A stretch of DNA of 64,000 nt from Atribacterota bacterium (GTDB lineage Bacteria > Atribacterota > Phoenicimicrobiia > Phoenicimicrobiales > Stramentimicrobiaceae), in the NCBI GenBank assembly GCA_040767965.1, contig JAXGNR010000004.1, forward strand, positions 416,001 through 480,000, written 5' to 3'. Positions 1 to 9,270 of the stretch are shown one piece after another. The notes under the pieces are model-generated. The model had not been told where the DNA came from. It saw nothing but the letters and a program-made list of their open reading frames with translations, and did not search any database. Position 1 is the first letter of the stretch. Each line of letters begins with the position of its first letter. A program made the translations under genes and the position numbers.

Positions 1-662
1 TTCAGATAAATAATCTTCCAGTTATTAAAACATTTATATCATTTTCGAAAGAAGAAACCAAAAATTATATTGAAACTTGCCACTATCCTTTTTTATCAAA
101 AGACAAGACATCCTCAAGTTCAAATGGAGTTTTTCTGGTAAAAAATAAAAGACAGGCAAGAAAGCTGTGGAGAAAAATATTTTTTAGAGGCTTAAAATTA
201 GAAAATTCTTACGTAAAACAAAAAGATTATGTTTTTTTTCAGGAATATGTACCTAACAAAGGTTTTGATCTTCGTGTAATTATGATTGGTGATTCATATT
301 TTGGTTATTATAGATATCCATCAAAAAAAGATTTTAGAGCTTCAGGTTCAGGAATAGTTATAAAAGAAAGTATTCCTAAAAAAGTATTGAATTTAGCAAA
401 AAAAACAAGAGAATGTTTACCAAAATCATACCTATTGGCAGTAGATTTTTTACAGGATACCCGTGATGATAAATTTTATATAATTGAAATTTCCATCTTT
501 ACACAGGTATTATCTTCGGAAAACTTAGTTGTCGATGGAATTCCCGGAAGATATATTGAGCAGAATGGAGATTTTGTTTTTGAACCAGGACGTTTTTGGA
601 TACAAGAACTTATGATGAAAGAATTAATGAAAGATTGGATTGCTAAAAATACAGTAAAATAA
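1..662 (+). CDS. ATP-grasp (RimK-like) ligase, 5' end outside window
   Basis: Frame is open from position 3: QINNLPVIKTF...YPFLSKD..SSSNGVFLVK...FFQEYVPNKGFDLRVIMIG...DFRASGSG...LAVDF...IIEIS, typical RimK/ATP-grasp motifs; the ORF track start at 282 is internal. Confidence 0.75.
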   Translation, partial: QINNLPVIKTFISFSKEETKNYIETCHYPFLSKDKTSSSSNGVFLVKNKRQARKLWRKIFFRGLKLENSYVKQKDYVFFQEYVPNKGFDLRVIMIGDSYFGYYRYPSKKDFRASGSGIVIKESIPKKVLNLAKKTRECLPKSYLLAVDFLQDTRDDKFYIIEISIFTQVLSSENLVVDGIPGRYIEQNGDFVFEPGRFWIQELMMKELMKDWIAKNTVK

Positions 663-901
663 TATATAGAGAATAAAAAATAAGAGGTTATGCATAAGAC
701 AAGCAATAAAAATTAAGATATTATTAATATTCTAATTTATAGTTAATGAGGTTTAGCTATAAGGAATGAAAACAGAAGTAAAAAAAGTGCATACATCTTG
801 CCATTTTTCAACAATAAATTATTAGGCCAAATAGATTACCATACAATTTAAGTGAAAACTATTTATAAAACTTAAGACTTAAGAAAAGAGTTAATAAAAA
901 A

Positions 902-1180
902 GTGCACATTTTATACTTACATCAATATTTCAATACCCCTGAAGAAGGTGGTGAAACAAGATCTTATGAGTTTGCTAGAAAATTAATTAAACTTGGGCAT
1001 AAAGTAACAATAGTGACAAGTTCTAATAAAACAGATAATTCAGTGAAAATAATGGAAGGTATAAATTTTGTTACACATAAATAAGCTTTTTAATAACTTG
1101 AAATTAACAAAATTATATAAACTTACAAGTATTTTTTTAGGTTGGTTCCCTGCAACAACCAGATGCTTAAAAAGGAAGTT
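902..1180 (+). pseudogene. Truncated GT4 family glycosyltransferase relic
   Basis: MHILYLHQYFNTPEEGGETRSYEFARKLIKLGHKVTIVTS is a classic GT4 (WbuB-like) N-terminus but stops after 60 aa; nearby LVPCNN resembles a GT4 C-terminal LVPPxN motif. Confidence 0.65.
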
Positions 1181-1184
1181 TTAA

Positions 1185-2339
1185 TTGATTATCATTTATT
1201 ATTTTTCTATATTATTATTGTCTTATATTTACCTTGGTTATCCTCTTTCATTATACTCTCTGAGCCTATTCAAAAAATACAATATTATTTATTTAGTTGG
1301 TTACTTACCCTCAGTATCAATTATTATCGCTGCCTATAATGAAGAAAAAGTTATTGAAGATAAAATCAAAAATACTTTAGAGCTTGATTACCCCAAAGAA
1401 AAGCTTGAAATTATTGTATTTTCTGATTTCTCTAAAGATAACACTGATGATATTGTGAAGAGGTATGAAAAAGTTGGTGTTAAACTCTTAAGAATTGAAG
1501 GGAGAAAAGGAAAAACTTTTTGCCAGAACAGAGCAGTAGAACATGCTAAGGGAGAAATCATACTATTTTCTGATGCTAACAGTATGTATGAGAGAGATGC
1601 TGTGAGAAAACTGGTTAGAAACTTTGCAGATGAAAAAGTTGGCTGTGTCTCAGGAGAATTAAAATATATTAACAGTGCTAATCAGAAAGATGAAAATAGT
1701 GAAGGATTTTACTGGAAATACGAGAAGATGATTAAAAGACTGGAGAGCAAAGTTTCTTCTCTTGTTGGGGCTAATGGGGCAATCTATGCTGTGAGAAAAA
1801 AATTGTATGCTCCTTTAGAGGATTTTGCAATCAGTGACTTTGCTGAACCCCTTATGATATTGATCAAAGGTTTCAGGACGGTTTATGAGCCGGAAGCTAT
1901 TGCAATTGAGAAAAATAATGATTCGTTCAGAGATTCATATCGCAGAAGAGTTAGGATAGTCACCAGGACTTTTAATAATATTATTAACTCCAGTGAAATA
2001 TTGGAATTGTTTAATCCAATTAAATATGGCTGGTATTCAATTCAATTAATTAGTCATAAATTTTTAAGATGGTTTACCGGATTGTATATGTTTATATTCT
2101 TACTACTTAATATAATTCTAGTTAATGAGAGCTGGGTTTATGCAATTATATTGATTTTGCAACTATTATTCTATCTTGTCGCATTTTTAGGTTATTTAGA
2201 CCAAAAATATTCCCAAAAAAGAGAAGTTATATTGTTGAATATTATTTTTTATTTTTGTATTTCAAATATTGCAATGCTCAATGGCATTATTAATGCTTTA
2301 TCAAAAAATAAAATTATAACCTGGGATACAAAAAGATAA
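1185..2339 (+). CDS. GT2 family glycosyltransferase (CesA-like, membrane-bound)
   Basis: VSIIIAAYNEE, SDFSKDNT, LFSDAN (DxD-like), GANGAIYA, RRRVRI, C-terminal TM helices; TTG start. Confidence 0.9.
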   Translation: MIIIYYFSILLLSYIYLGYPLSLYSLSLFKKYNIIYLVGYLPSVSIIIAAYNEEKVIEDKIKNTLELDYPKEKLEIIVFSDFSKDNTDDIVKRYEKVGVKLLRIEGRKGKTFCQNRAVEHAKGEIILFSDANSMYERDAVRKLVRNFADEKVGCVSGELKYINSANQKDENSEGFYWKYEKMIKRLESKVSSLVGANGAIYAVRKKLYAPLEDFAISDFAEPLMILIKGFRTVYEPEAIAIEKNNDSFRDSYRRRVRIVTRTFNNIINSSEILELFNPIKYGWYSIQLISHKFLRWFTGLYMFIFLLLNIILVNESWVYAIILILQLLFYLVAFLGYLDQKYSQKREVILLNIIFYFCISNIAMLNGIINALSKNKIITWDTKR

Positions 2340-3115
2340 TAAACTTGTATTTAGAATTGCTATTTCTTCTTTTTCAAATTAATAAAAATGAGATTAAGAG
2401 AAAAGCAATTGAAAATAAGTTATTTTAAAAAATAGAACAATTTCACTCTTTTAATGACCATATATATTGAAGAAATAAACGGGTATTTATTTGAGTAGAT
2501 ATTTAAATAGTTATATTGATATTGAAATTTAAAAACCGATATTATATCAGATACTCAAGGCTATGGATTAACTTTAATTTCAAGAATAACAAGAAAATAC
2601 CAGGATATTGTTTCGGTTACCAGGAATTAACAATATTGGTTTAGGGTAGATGAGATGAATTGTATATTAGGACCAATACTTCCCGATGAGCTTAAGACTA
2701 TTGGTTAACTGTATTGAAGATAGTAGTGAAAAATTAAAGAACAATGAAAACGGTGAATATGATAATGGGATAAAATTGTCTGATAAGATTATTTTAAACT
2801 GTGAGATGATTGCCAATGGCGGATTTACCCCAGCAACTTCGGGATACTGGTAACACCGTTGTTTCAGGTTTGTGGCTTACACTGGCAACCTCTATTTCTC
2901 AGATATAAAAGAAAAATATTTAAGATTAATCGATAGTTTATATTATAAAAGTTTACAATTATTTTTTGTGTTATATTTATGATATAAATTATTAATTGAT
3001 TTTACAGCTATAATAAAGAATTTATAAATAATATATAATACAATAAACGCTAGGGCTGGAATCGCTAAGTCTTTTTGCATATTTTAATTTTGTTGTTTTT
3101 ATCGAAAGGATTTAA

Positions 3116-4084
3116 ATGCATTTATTGTTATTGGTTTTTATTTTTTCAAGTATTGTTAGTTTTTTTAGTTTTCCAATTATAATTCCTCGTTTAAAAAAAG
3201 CGAGAATTACCGGGCGAAATATGAATAGTGTCAATCAAGAAGAAATTCCAGAGATGGGTGGCTTGGTAATAGTAGCTGGATTTTCCAGTGGAATTATTCT
3301 AATAATTTTTTTAAAAACATTCTTCAAATTATTGCCTGATGTAAATTTAGTATCATTGCTTGCCTGTCTTTCAACTGTATTAATTGTTGCTTTGATTGGA
3401 GTTGTTGATGATCTAATTTCTATAAGGCAGATTATAAAGGCATTTATGCCAATATTTTCTGCCCTACCATTAGTGGCAATCGAGATTGGAGATACCATTA
3501 TGAGAGTCCCATTTATTGGTAGAATTAATTTTGGCATTATATACCCCCTGCTTTTAATACCATTGGGCGTTACTGGTGCAACTAATGCATTTAATATGCT
3601 GGCAGGATTTAATGGATTAGAGGTAGGTTTAGGGATAGTATGCATGATAACTGTCTCTATTATTGCTTATATTACAGGCAGCATGACTGCACTGGCAATT
3701 TCATTACCATGTCTGGGTGCTTTGCTTGCTGCTATTTACTATAACTGGTATCCGGCTAAGATATTAGTAGGTGATATTGGTACTTTATGCATGGGGGCAG
3801 TTCTGGCAACATGTGTTATTGTAGGTGATTTTGAAACAGCAGGTGTTATCTTGATAATACCATTTGTATTTGAATTTATTATTAAGGCATTACATAAATT
3901 TCCCACCCAGGATTGGTGGGGAGTGTACAAAGAAGGAAAATTATATTGCCCGGAAAATGGCCCGGTAAGTTTACCTCAAATTATAATGAAAGTCAGTGGG
4001 GGAATCAAAGAAAAAAATCTGGTAATATTTTTGATAGGTTTCGAGACATTTTTTGGATTGATTGCGATAATGATTTATTTGTAG
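3116..4084 (+). CDS. Polyprenyl-phosphate GlcNAc-1-phosphate transferase, archaeal GPT/AglH-like (MraY/WecA/GPT superfamily)
   Basis: IPEMGG, GVVDDL, NAFNMLAGFNGLEVG, YNWYPAKILVGDIGT; polytopic membrane protein; SD AAGGA upstream. Confidence 0.85.
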   Translation: MHLLLLVFIFSSIVSFFSFPIIIPRLKKARITGRNMNSVNQEEIPEMGGLVIVAGFSSGIILIIFLKTFFKLLPDVNLVSLLACLSTVLIVALIGVVDDLISIRQIIKAFMPIFSALPLVAIEIGDTIMRVPFIGRINFGIIYPLLLIPLGVTGATNAFNMLAGFNGLEVGLGIVCMITVSIIAYITGSMTALAISLPCLGALLAAIYYNWYPAKILVGDIGTLCMGAVLATCVIVGDFETAGVILIIPFVFEFIIKALHKFPTQDWWGVYKEGKLYCPENGPVSLPQIIMKVSGGIKEKNLVIFLIGFETFFGLIAIMIYL

Positions 4085-4817
4085 GTTGAAAAAATCTGGT
4101 CTGTTAATGATATTTTAACAATCTTTTTTTCCAAAAACCAATTCTGTCTACCAATTATTTTAAAAAAACTCTCTTAAATTCACCATCTGCTTTATACTTC
4201 TCTCTCTCAAGAAAAAAGAGGGAAGTAAAGAATAAGAACAGTCTCTCTTTTAGTGGAATAAAAATAGAATAAAAAACCCCCATCTTCAGAGTGGATACAT
4301 TAAAAAGAGAAGTAATTTGAAATATTACTATAAATTAAATAAATGATTTATAATTTTAAGTTGATTACAATTTTTGACTTAGTATGATAATTATAATTAT
4401 CATGATATATTCATATCAATGCAATAAATGATTCGCTATATTGTGAAATTATATTATCCAAAAATATTCGGTTTAGCATCATATTAGATGAAGGTAATTT
4501 TATAAAATTAGAATATGAAAAGAAAAAAAGAAGAAATAATAGAAGCAGGCTATTAGCAAGCTATTACAGGAAATGATTGAATATTCTTTTGGTAAAGAAA
4601 GCGAGTAAGAATAAAATCCTCCCCTTCTCCTAGATTAAGAATAATCTGTTTGAGTGAAAGATTCATTTAATATAGTAATCATTAATCATTTTAATTAAAT
4701 ACATTAGATAATGTTGAGATTAGTGAATTACATGTATATACTATATTAAACATATTAATACTAAATGAATATGCTAATAATAATATAATATATATGGATA
4801 TTTGCAAGAGGAACTTT

Positions 4818-5969
4818 ATGAGAATACTAATTGTAGGTGCCGGGCCAATTGGCTGTTATACAGGGCAATTATTAAAAAAAATTGGATATGAGCCTATTTT
4901 GCTGGAAGAACATTCCAGTGTGGGGAAGCCGGTGCAATGTGCTGGAATTGTATCTTCAAAATTAATAAAAAATATTGAATCTTTTATAACCGAAGAATCG
5001 ATTACAAGCTATATTAACAGTTTTATTATTAATACTCCCTGGACAGATGAGTTTTCCATTAATATCCCTGGAATTGCCTGTGTTTTAAATAGAGAAAAAT
5101 TTGATTTAGACTTGAGTAAAGGACTGGAGATACATTTTGGGAAACGTATTACTAAAATAGAAAAAAAAGATTCTGTTTATTATATTTCTACAAAGCAAGG
5201 GGAATTATTTGAAACGGATATTTTGATTGGAGCTGATGGGCCTGATTCAATTGTCAGGAATTATCTGCTGGCTAATTTTAAAGGTGATAAAAATAAAGAT
5301 TACCGCCTTAAAATTGATTACTATTTTGGCATGCAATATCAGATAAAGTTAAATGATTCTTATCCTGGAATTGTTAATAATTCAATACAGGTATATTTTG
5401 ATGAAAAGACGCCCTTTTTTATTTGGATAGTTTCCGAAAATAGTAAATCAATAAGGATTGGTTCTGTTGGGAAAACTGCAGAAAGTACTAAGAAATCTTT
5501 AGATGATTATCTTGAAAGAAAAAAAATAACAGGAGAGTTTACTGATGTTATTGCTGGAAAAATAGCACTTGGGAATATCCCCACCTATTTTGACAATATA
5601 GCACTAGTAGGTGATGCTGCCTGCCAGGTAAAACCATTAACTGGGGGAGGTCTCTCTTATGGCCTGCAATGCGTTCAAACACTGGCTTCCTGTATAGAAA
5701 AAAATGAACTTGATAAATATGAACAGAAGTGGAAAAAAAAATTTGGGAAAGAAATTATCTTTGGGTTAAAAGCAAGAAAATATTACGAAACCATGAATGT
5801 TAAGCATAAAAAAGAAATTTTTAATGTTTTTAAAAATAATCACAGTTTTATTGAAAAAACAATAGATTATGATAATCATTCTACCTTATTTTTTGAAGCT
5901 TTTAAAAATAAGCAGATATTAATAGAAGCAGGGAAAATTATCACTTATTATTTAAAAAAAGGAATCTAA
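4818..5969 (+). CDS. Geranylgeranyl reductase family FAD-dependent oxidoreductase
   Basis: ILIVGAGPIG, EEHSSVGKPVQCAGIVS, IGADGPDSIVR, VGDAACQVKPLTGGGLSYG; likely start ATG 4818 after GAGG. Confidence 0.85.
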   Translation: MRILIVGAGPIGCYTGQLLKKIGYEPILLEEHSSVGKPVQCAGIVSSKLIKNIESFITEESITSYINSFIINTPWTDEFSINIPGIACVLNREKFDLDLSKGLEIHFGKRITKIEKKDSVYYISTKQGELFETDILIGADGPDSIVRNYLLANFKGDKNKDYRLKIDYYFGMQYQIKLNDSYPGIVNNSIQVYFDEKTPFFIWIVSENSKSIRIGSVGKTAESTKKSLDDYLERKKITGEFTDVIAGKIALGNIPTYFDNIALVGDAACQVKPLTGGGLSYGLQCVQTLASCIEKNELDKYEQKWKKKFGKEIIFGLKARKYYETMNVKHKKEIFNVFKNNHSFIEKTIDYDNHSTLFFEAFKNKQILIEAGKIITYYLKKGI

Positions 5970-6018
5970 TATCAATGTTAGATTCAGAATAATTTAACAG
6001 ATAAGAAGATGGTTAGAA

Positions 6019-9000
6019 TTAAAACGATATGCCTGTTTGGAAGTAAAGTCGAACTTTTGCTGATTCGGAAATTGGCTTGCTTGCTCCGATGGTAATAATA
6101 AAAGGATTGCTTTGTGCCTGTTTAAACTTAAAATTTATTTCTGCACCTATAGCTGCATTTAATTCTGAAGGGAGTTGAAGCAATTTTCCTTCCCAGGCCT
6201 GTCCTGCATCAAAAAACAAAGAACCGGATATTCTTTCTAAAAAGATTGAAGCCCAATCAAATCCTATCTTTCTTTCTACAGTCTTGATTGGAAAACGATA
6301 TTCGATACTTGCAGATAGAATATTATTCCCACTGAAAGTGGAAGCCGGAAATCCCCTAAGAGGGAAGCTGTTGTTTATTGAACTAAGTTCAGTGCTGTTT
6401 GAATTTCCACCCAGATAAAATTTTTCCTTTTGAGTTAAGCCCTTTGTTGCAAAACCAGCAACAAAGCGTAATGCTATCGATTGATTTGACTCAGACAAAG
6501 GGAAATATTTTCTGCCATCAAATAATAATTTATTGAAGGTTAAATCGCTTCCCAGCAATGTATTGGCATGCTGATAGTTTAATGAGAAAGAAGAGCCAAT
6601 TTCAGGGCCTACAGATGTCTGGTATTTTTCTGTATCATTGTAATCGTAACTTAAAATAAATGAATTAATTTTTCTAAAAGAAAGATTATCACTATTATTT
6701 CCATCATTCTTAAAATTATACAAGTGACTCTGGAAACCCAGGGTAAAATTGCCAGAAAAATAACGCGCTGAATCCTGCTGGGATGTGTATCCTTCATTTT
6801 GGTAATTTAGATTGGCCTGAAATACAGCATTTGTGCTTTTGGCATCAAAAAAATTCTGCAGATGGCCATCTTCCAGAAGTGTTTCGCCTTGCCAGGAAAT
6901 GGAAAAGTTTGGGTTTTGAGAATATTGGATAAAGTGAAAATCATAGTAAAGAGAAGGGGTGAAAACACCTTTTGCCAGTTTAAAAGGAAGATAGTAGTAT
7001 CCCAGATAGTCCTGTGCTGTGCTTGAAAATCCCAGATAAAGATCTTTAGAGGTTAAATTAAAATATGGTATCCAATAAGTTGGAAACAAGCTATCCCAGG
7101 GAGAATATGATACAGGGGACTGTTCTTTGTTTTTGTTCCTGATACAAAGAACCGTCCCCTGTATTGGTTTGTGAGAAATATTTACTTGATACAAAGAACC
7201 GTCCCCTGTATTGGTTTGTGTTTCAAATGACACTGGTTTCCAGAGTAAATTTTTAGTTTCAGCTAAATGTAATTCATAGCCAGTAGAATGATATTGAATG
7301 AAGGCAATTTCCTTTCCATCAGGGGAGCCGGCTGGTTCAAAGGCACCGGTGGTAACATTTGTTAATCTGAATAATATTTTTTCCTTCAATTGATATGCAT
7401 ATAGATTGAAAATACCACTGCGGTCTGAGGTAAAATAAATATATTCACCATCCGCAGACCAGCTTGGGCTTATATCAATGTGTTTGTCTCTGATTATAGG
7501 ATTTAAATATTTAATTTCATTAGCAGTGCCTAGCTCAAGAATATAAATATCTTGATAGCCATTTTGCCACATAGAAAAAGCTATTTTTTTACCATCAGGA
7601 GACCAGACTGGTTGAGAAATTTGTGTGCCATCATTAAAGCTGGTGAGATACAATAGATCTTCAAAAGTTAACATCTCATTTTTTGAAGAAGTAAAATCAG
7701 TATTTTTATTATTTCCCCCAAATAAAGAGGGAAAGGTATTTTCCAGAGAAAACAAAACAAGATTGCTACTGCCCGCGATGTTAATCACAGCTACAACATT
7801 ATATTCTGATTTGCTCGGATGCCAGCCGGGATCTTTGATTCTCATTCCTTCAGAAAGCTGTATTTGATTACCATTTTGTAGATTGAACAAAAACAGGTCA
7901 TAATATTGGTAAAATTCTTTAAAATTTTGCAGCTTGCTATAGATTAAATATTTGTTATCCGGTGATAAAGAGTAAGAGGTTCCATGACCTGTAGTTCTAT
8001 TTATTATAATACTTTCTTCTTTATTGAGTTGATTATATGAACGTATAGTAGGATATAATTCAGGTATATTAACACGATAAAGTAAAATTGCTTTATCTTT
8101 ATTATCTTTTTGCCACCAGATAGGATTATCAGCCCAGTACTGATGATTGGTAATTTGTTCAGAATGCGTTATCTCGCTGAAGCTGTATACATTTTCCAGT
8201 TGCTCCTGGTATTGAGATAACTTTTTGTCTTCCCAGTTTTTATATAAATCGTTTTGGTTAATACCCAGAGCTTTTTTAATAGACCAATTTATTCCCAGTA
8301 GAGGATTGGCACAAAAATATTCACTTATATCCAAAAGTTTTTCTTCTCCGTATTCCTGAGCAATATAATGCACAAGGGATTGACCGTAAATATAGGGGAT
8401 ATTGCCACCGGGCCAGGAAGTAAAATAGGTATCTTTTAACAGTTTTAAGTCTATTGGATTTTCTTCTAAAAAATCCGAACGCAGATACATATCATATCTA
8501 TTGTCTGTCAATCTGCCGCCTGATCCCAATTTACTTTCATAAAAAATTGCCAGTCCTTCAATAGCCCACATTGGCTGTAACGCATTAGGAGCAATGATTT
8601 GTCCCAGGAATAAACGCAAAAAAGATGTTGCTTTGCTGGTCATATCGAAATGAGCTATATGAGTGTATTCATGTGCTATTAATATTTTTAACCAGCTTTT
8701 AAATTTTGTATCAAAGGTTTTAAAACCAGGAGCGGTAAGATTTATTCTGATAGCGGGGTGTGGCAGAACGGTTGCAAATCCATAAACAGAGTCGCTAAAA
8801 TCTTCTAGAATAATTGCTGTTTTTCTATTTTTATTATATGGTTCTCCAAAATAAGGTATTAATTTTTGATATGTTTCTTCTGCTATATCGGCAATGGTAA
8901 GGGCAAATTCCTGGTATTCAAAATGCTGCAAAGTGGGGCTTTTTCCGGGAAAAATAACCAAAAAATGTTCACTTTCTATGGTTTGCCATTCTAGCGAAAG

Positions 9001-9108
9001 ATCATATGGCATTGACCAAACTATCATACTGAGAAAGCCTGTTTTGATTAAGAACAGGCATATTAAAGAAAACAAAAATATTGTTATTTTATTTTTTGTT
9101 TTAAACAT
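6019..9108 (-). CDS. Omp85/BamA-family outer-membrane protein with N-terminal HEXXH metallopeptidase-like domain and PD40 (TolB-like) beta-propeller
   Basis: N-terminal signal/TM; AHEYTH...WAIEGLA (zincin); PVWSPDGK, PSWSADGE, PAGSPDGK repeats; FPLRGF, SIEYRFP, FFDAGQAW, terminal F (barrel signature). Confidence 0.85.
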   Translation of the reverse strand: MFKTKNKITIFLFSLICLFLIKTGFLSMIVWSMPYDLSLEWQTIESEHFLVIFPGKSPTLQHFEYQEFALTIADIAEETYQKLIPYFGEPYNKNRKTAIILEDFSDSVYGFATVLPHPAIRINLTAPGFKTFDTKFKSWLKILIAHEYTHIAHFDMTSKATSFLRLFLGQIIAPNALQPMWAIEGLAIFYESKLGSGGRLTDNRYDMYLRSDFLEENPIDLKLLKDTYFTSWPGGNIPYIYGQSLVHYIAQEYGEEKLLDISEYFCANPLLGINWSIKKALGINQNDLYKNWEDKKLSQYQEQLENVYSFSEITHSEQITNHQYWADNPIWWQKDNKDKAILLYRVNIPELYPTIRSYNQLNKEESIIINRTTGHGTSYSLSPDNKYLIYSKLQNFKEFYQYYDLFLFNLQNGNQIQLSEGMRIKDPGWHPSKSEYNVVAVINIAGSSNLVLFSLENTFPSLFGGNNKNTDFTSSKNEMLTFEDLLYLTSFNDGTQISQPVWSPDGKKIAFSMWQNGYQDIYILELGTANEIKYLNPIIRDKHIDISPSWSADGEYIYFTSDRSGIFNLYAYQLKEKILFRLTNVTTGAFEPAGSPDGKEIAFIQYHSTGYELHLAETKNLLWKPVSFETQTNTGDGSLYQVNISHKPIQGTVLCIRNKNKEQSPVSYSPWDSLFPTYWIPYFNLTSKDLYLGFSSTAQDYLGYYYLPFKLAKGVFTPSLYYDFHFIQYSQNPNFSISWQGETLLEDGHLQNFFDAKSTNAVFQANLNYQNEGYTSQQDSARYFSGNFTLGFQSHLYNFKNDGNNSDNLSFRKINSFILSYDYNDTEKYQTSVGPEIGSSFSLNYQHANTLLGSDLTFNKLLFDGRKYFPLSESNQSIALRFVAGFATKGLTQKEKFYLGGNSNSTELSSINNSFPLRGFPASTFSGNNILSASIEYRFPIKTVERKIGFDWASIFLERISGSLFFDAGQAWEGKLLQLPSELNAAIGAEINFKFKQAQSNPFIITIGASKPISESAKVRLYFQTGISF
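7110..7220. repeat. REP-like cassette: two direct 34-bp repeats plus one inverted copy
   Basis: TGATACAAAGAACCGTCCCCTGTATTGGTTTGTG at 7140-7173 and 7187-7220 (identical); 7110-7130 is the reverse complement of 7144-7164 with 1 mismatch. Confidence 0.9.
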
Positions 9109-9206
9109 ATTTTATCTTTTATCTCACATAGTTTTTCTTGATATATTTACTACTATAACTTTTTTTACAATTCCTTACAATAAAATAAATAAAAAACAGA
9201 TTTGTC

Positions 9207-9235
9207 TTGGAAAGCATATTTAGATTATGTATAAT
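9207..9235 (+). promoter_or_regulatory. Candidate sigma70-type promoter
   Basis: TTGGAA-17 bp-TATAAT upstream of 9271. Confidence 0.45.
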
Positions 9236-9270
9236 GGAAATTAATTTAGTAAAATTGATGGAGGCTAAAT

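Noticed and set aside
4085-4817. Replication origin in the long AT-rich gap
   Set aside because: No cluster of TTATCCACA DnaA boxes seen and no dnaA/gid neighbours
7140-7220. Possible mini-CRISPR array (34-bp repeats)
   Set aside because: Only two copies, a 13-bp spacer, an inverted third copy, location inside an intact CDS and no cas genes; fits a REP-like cassette
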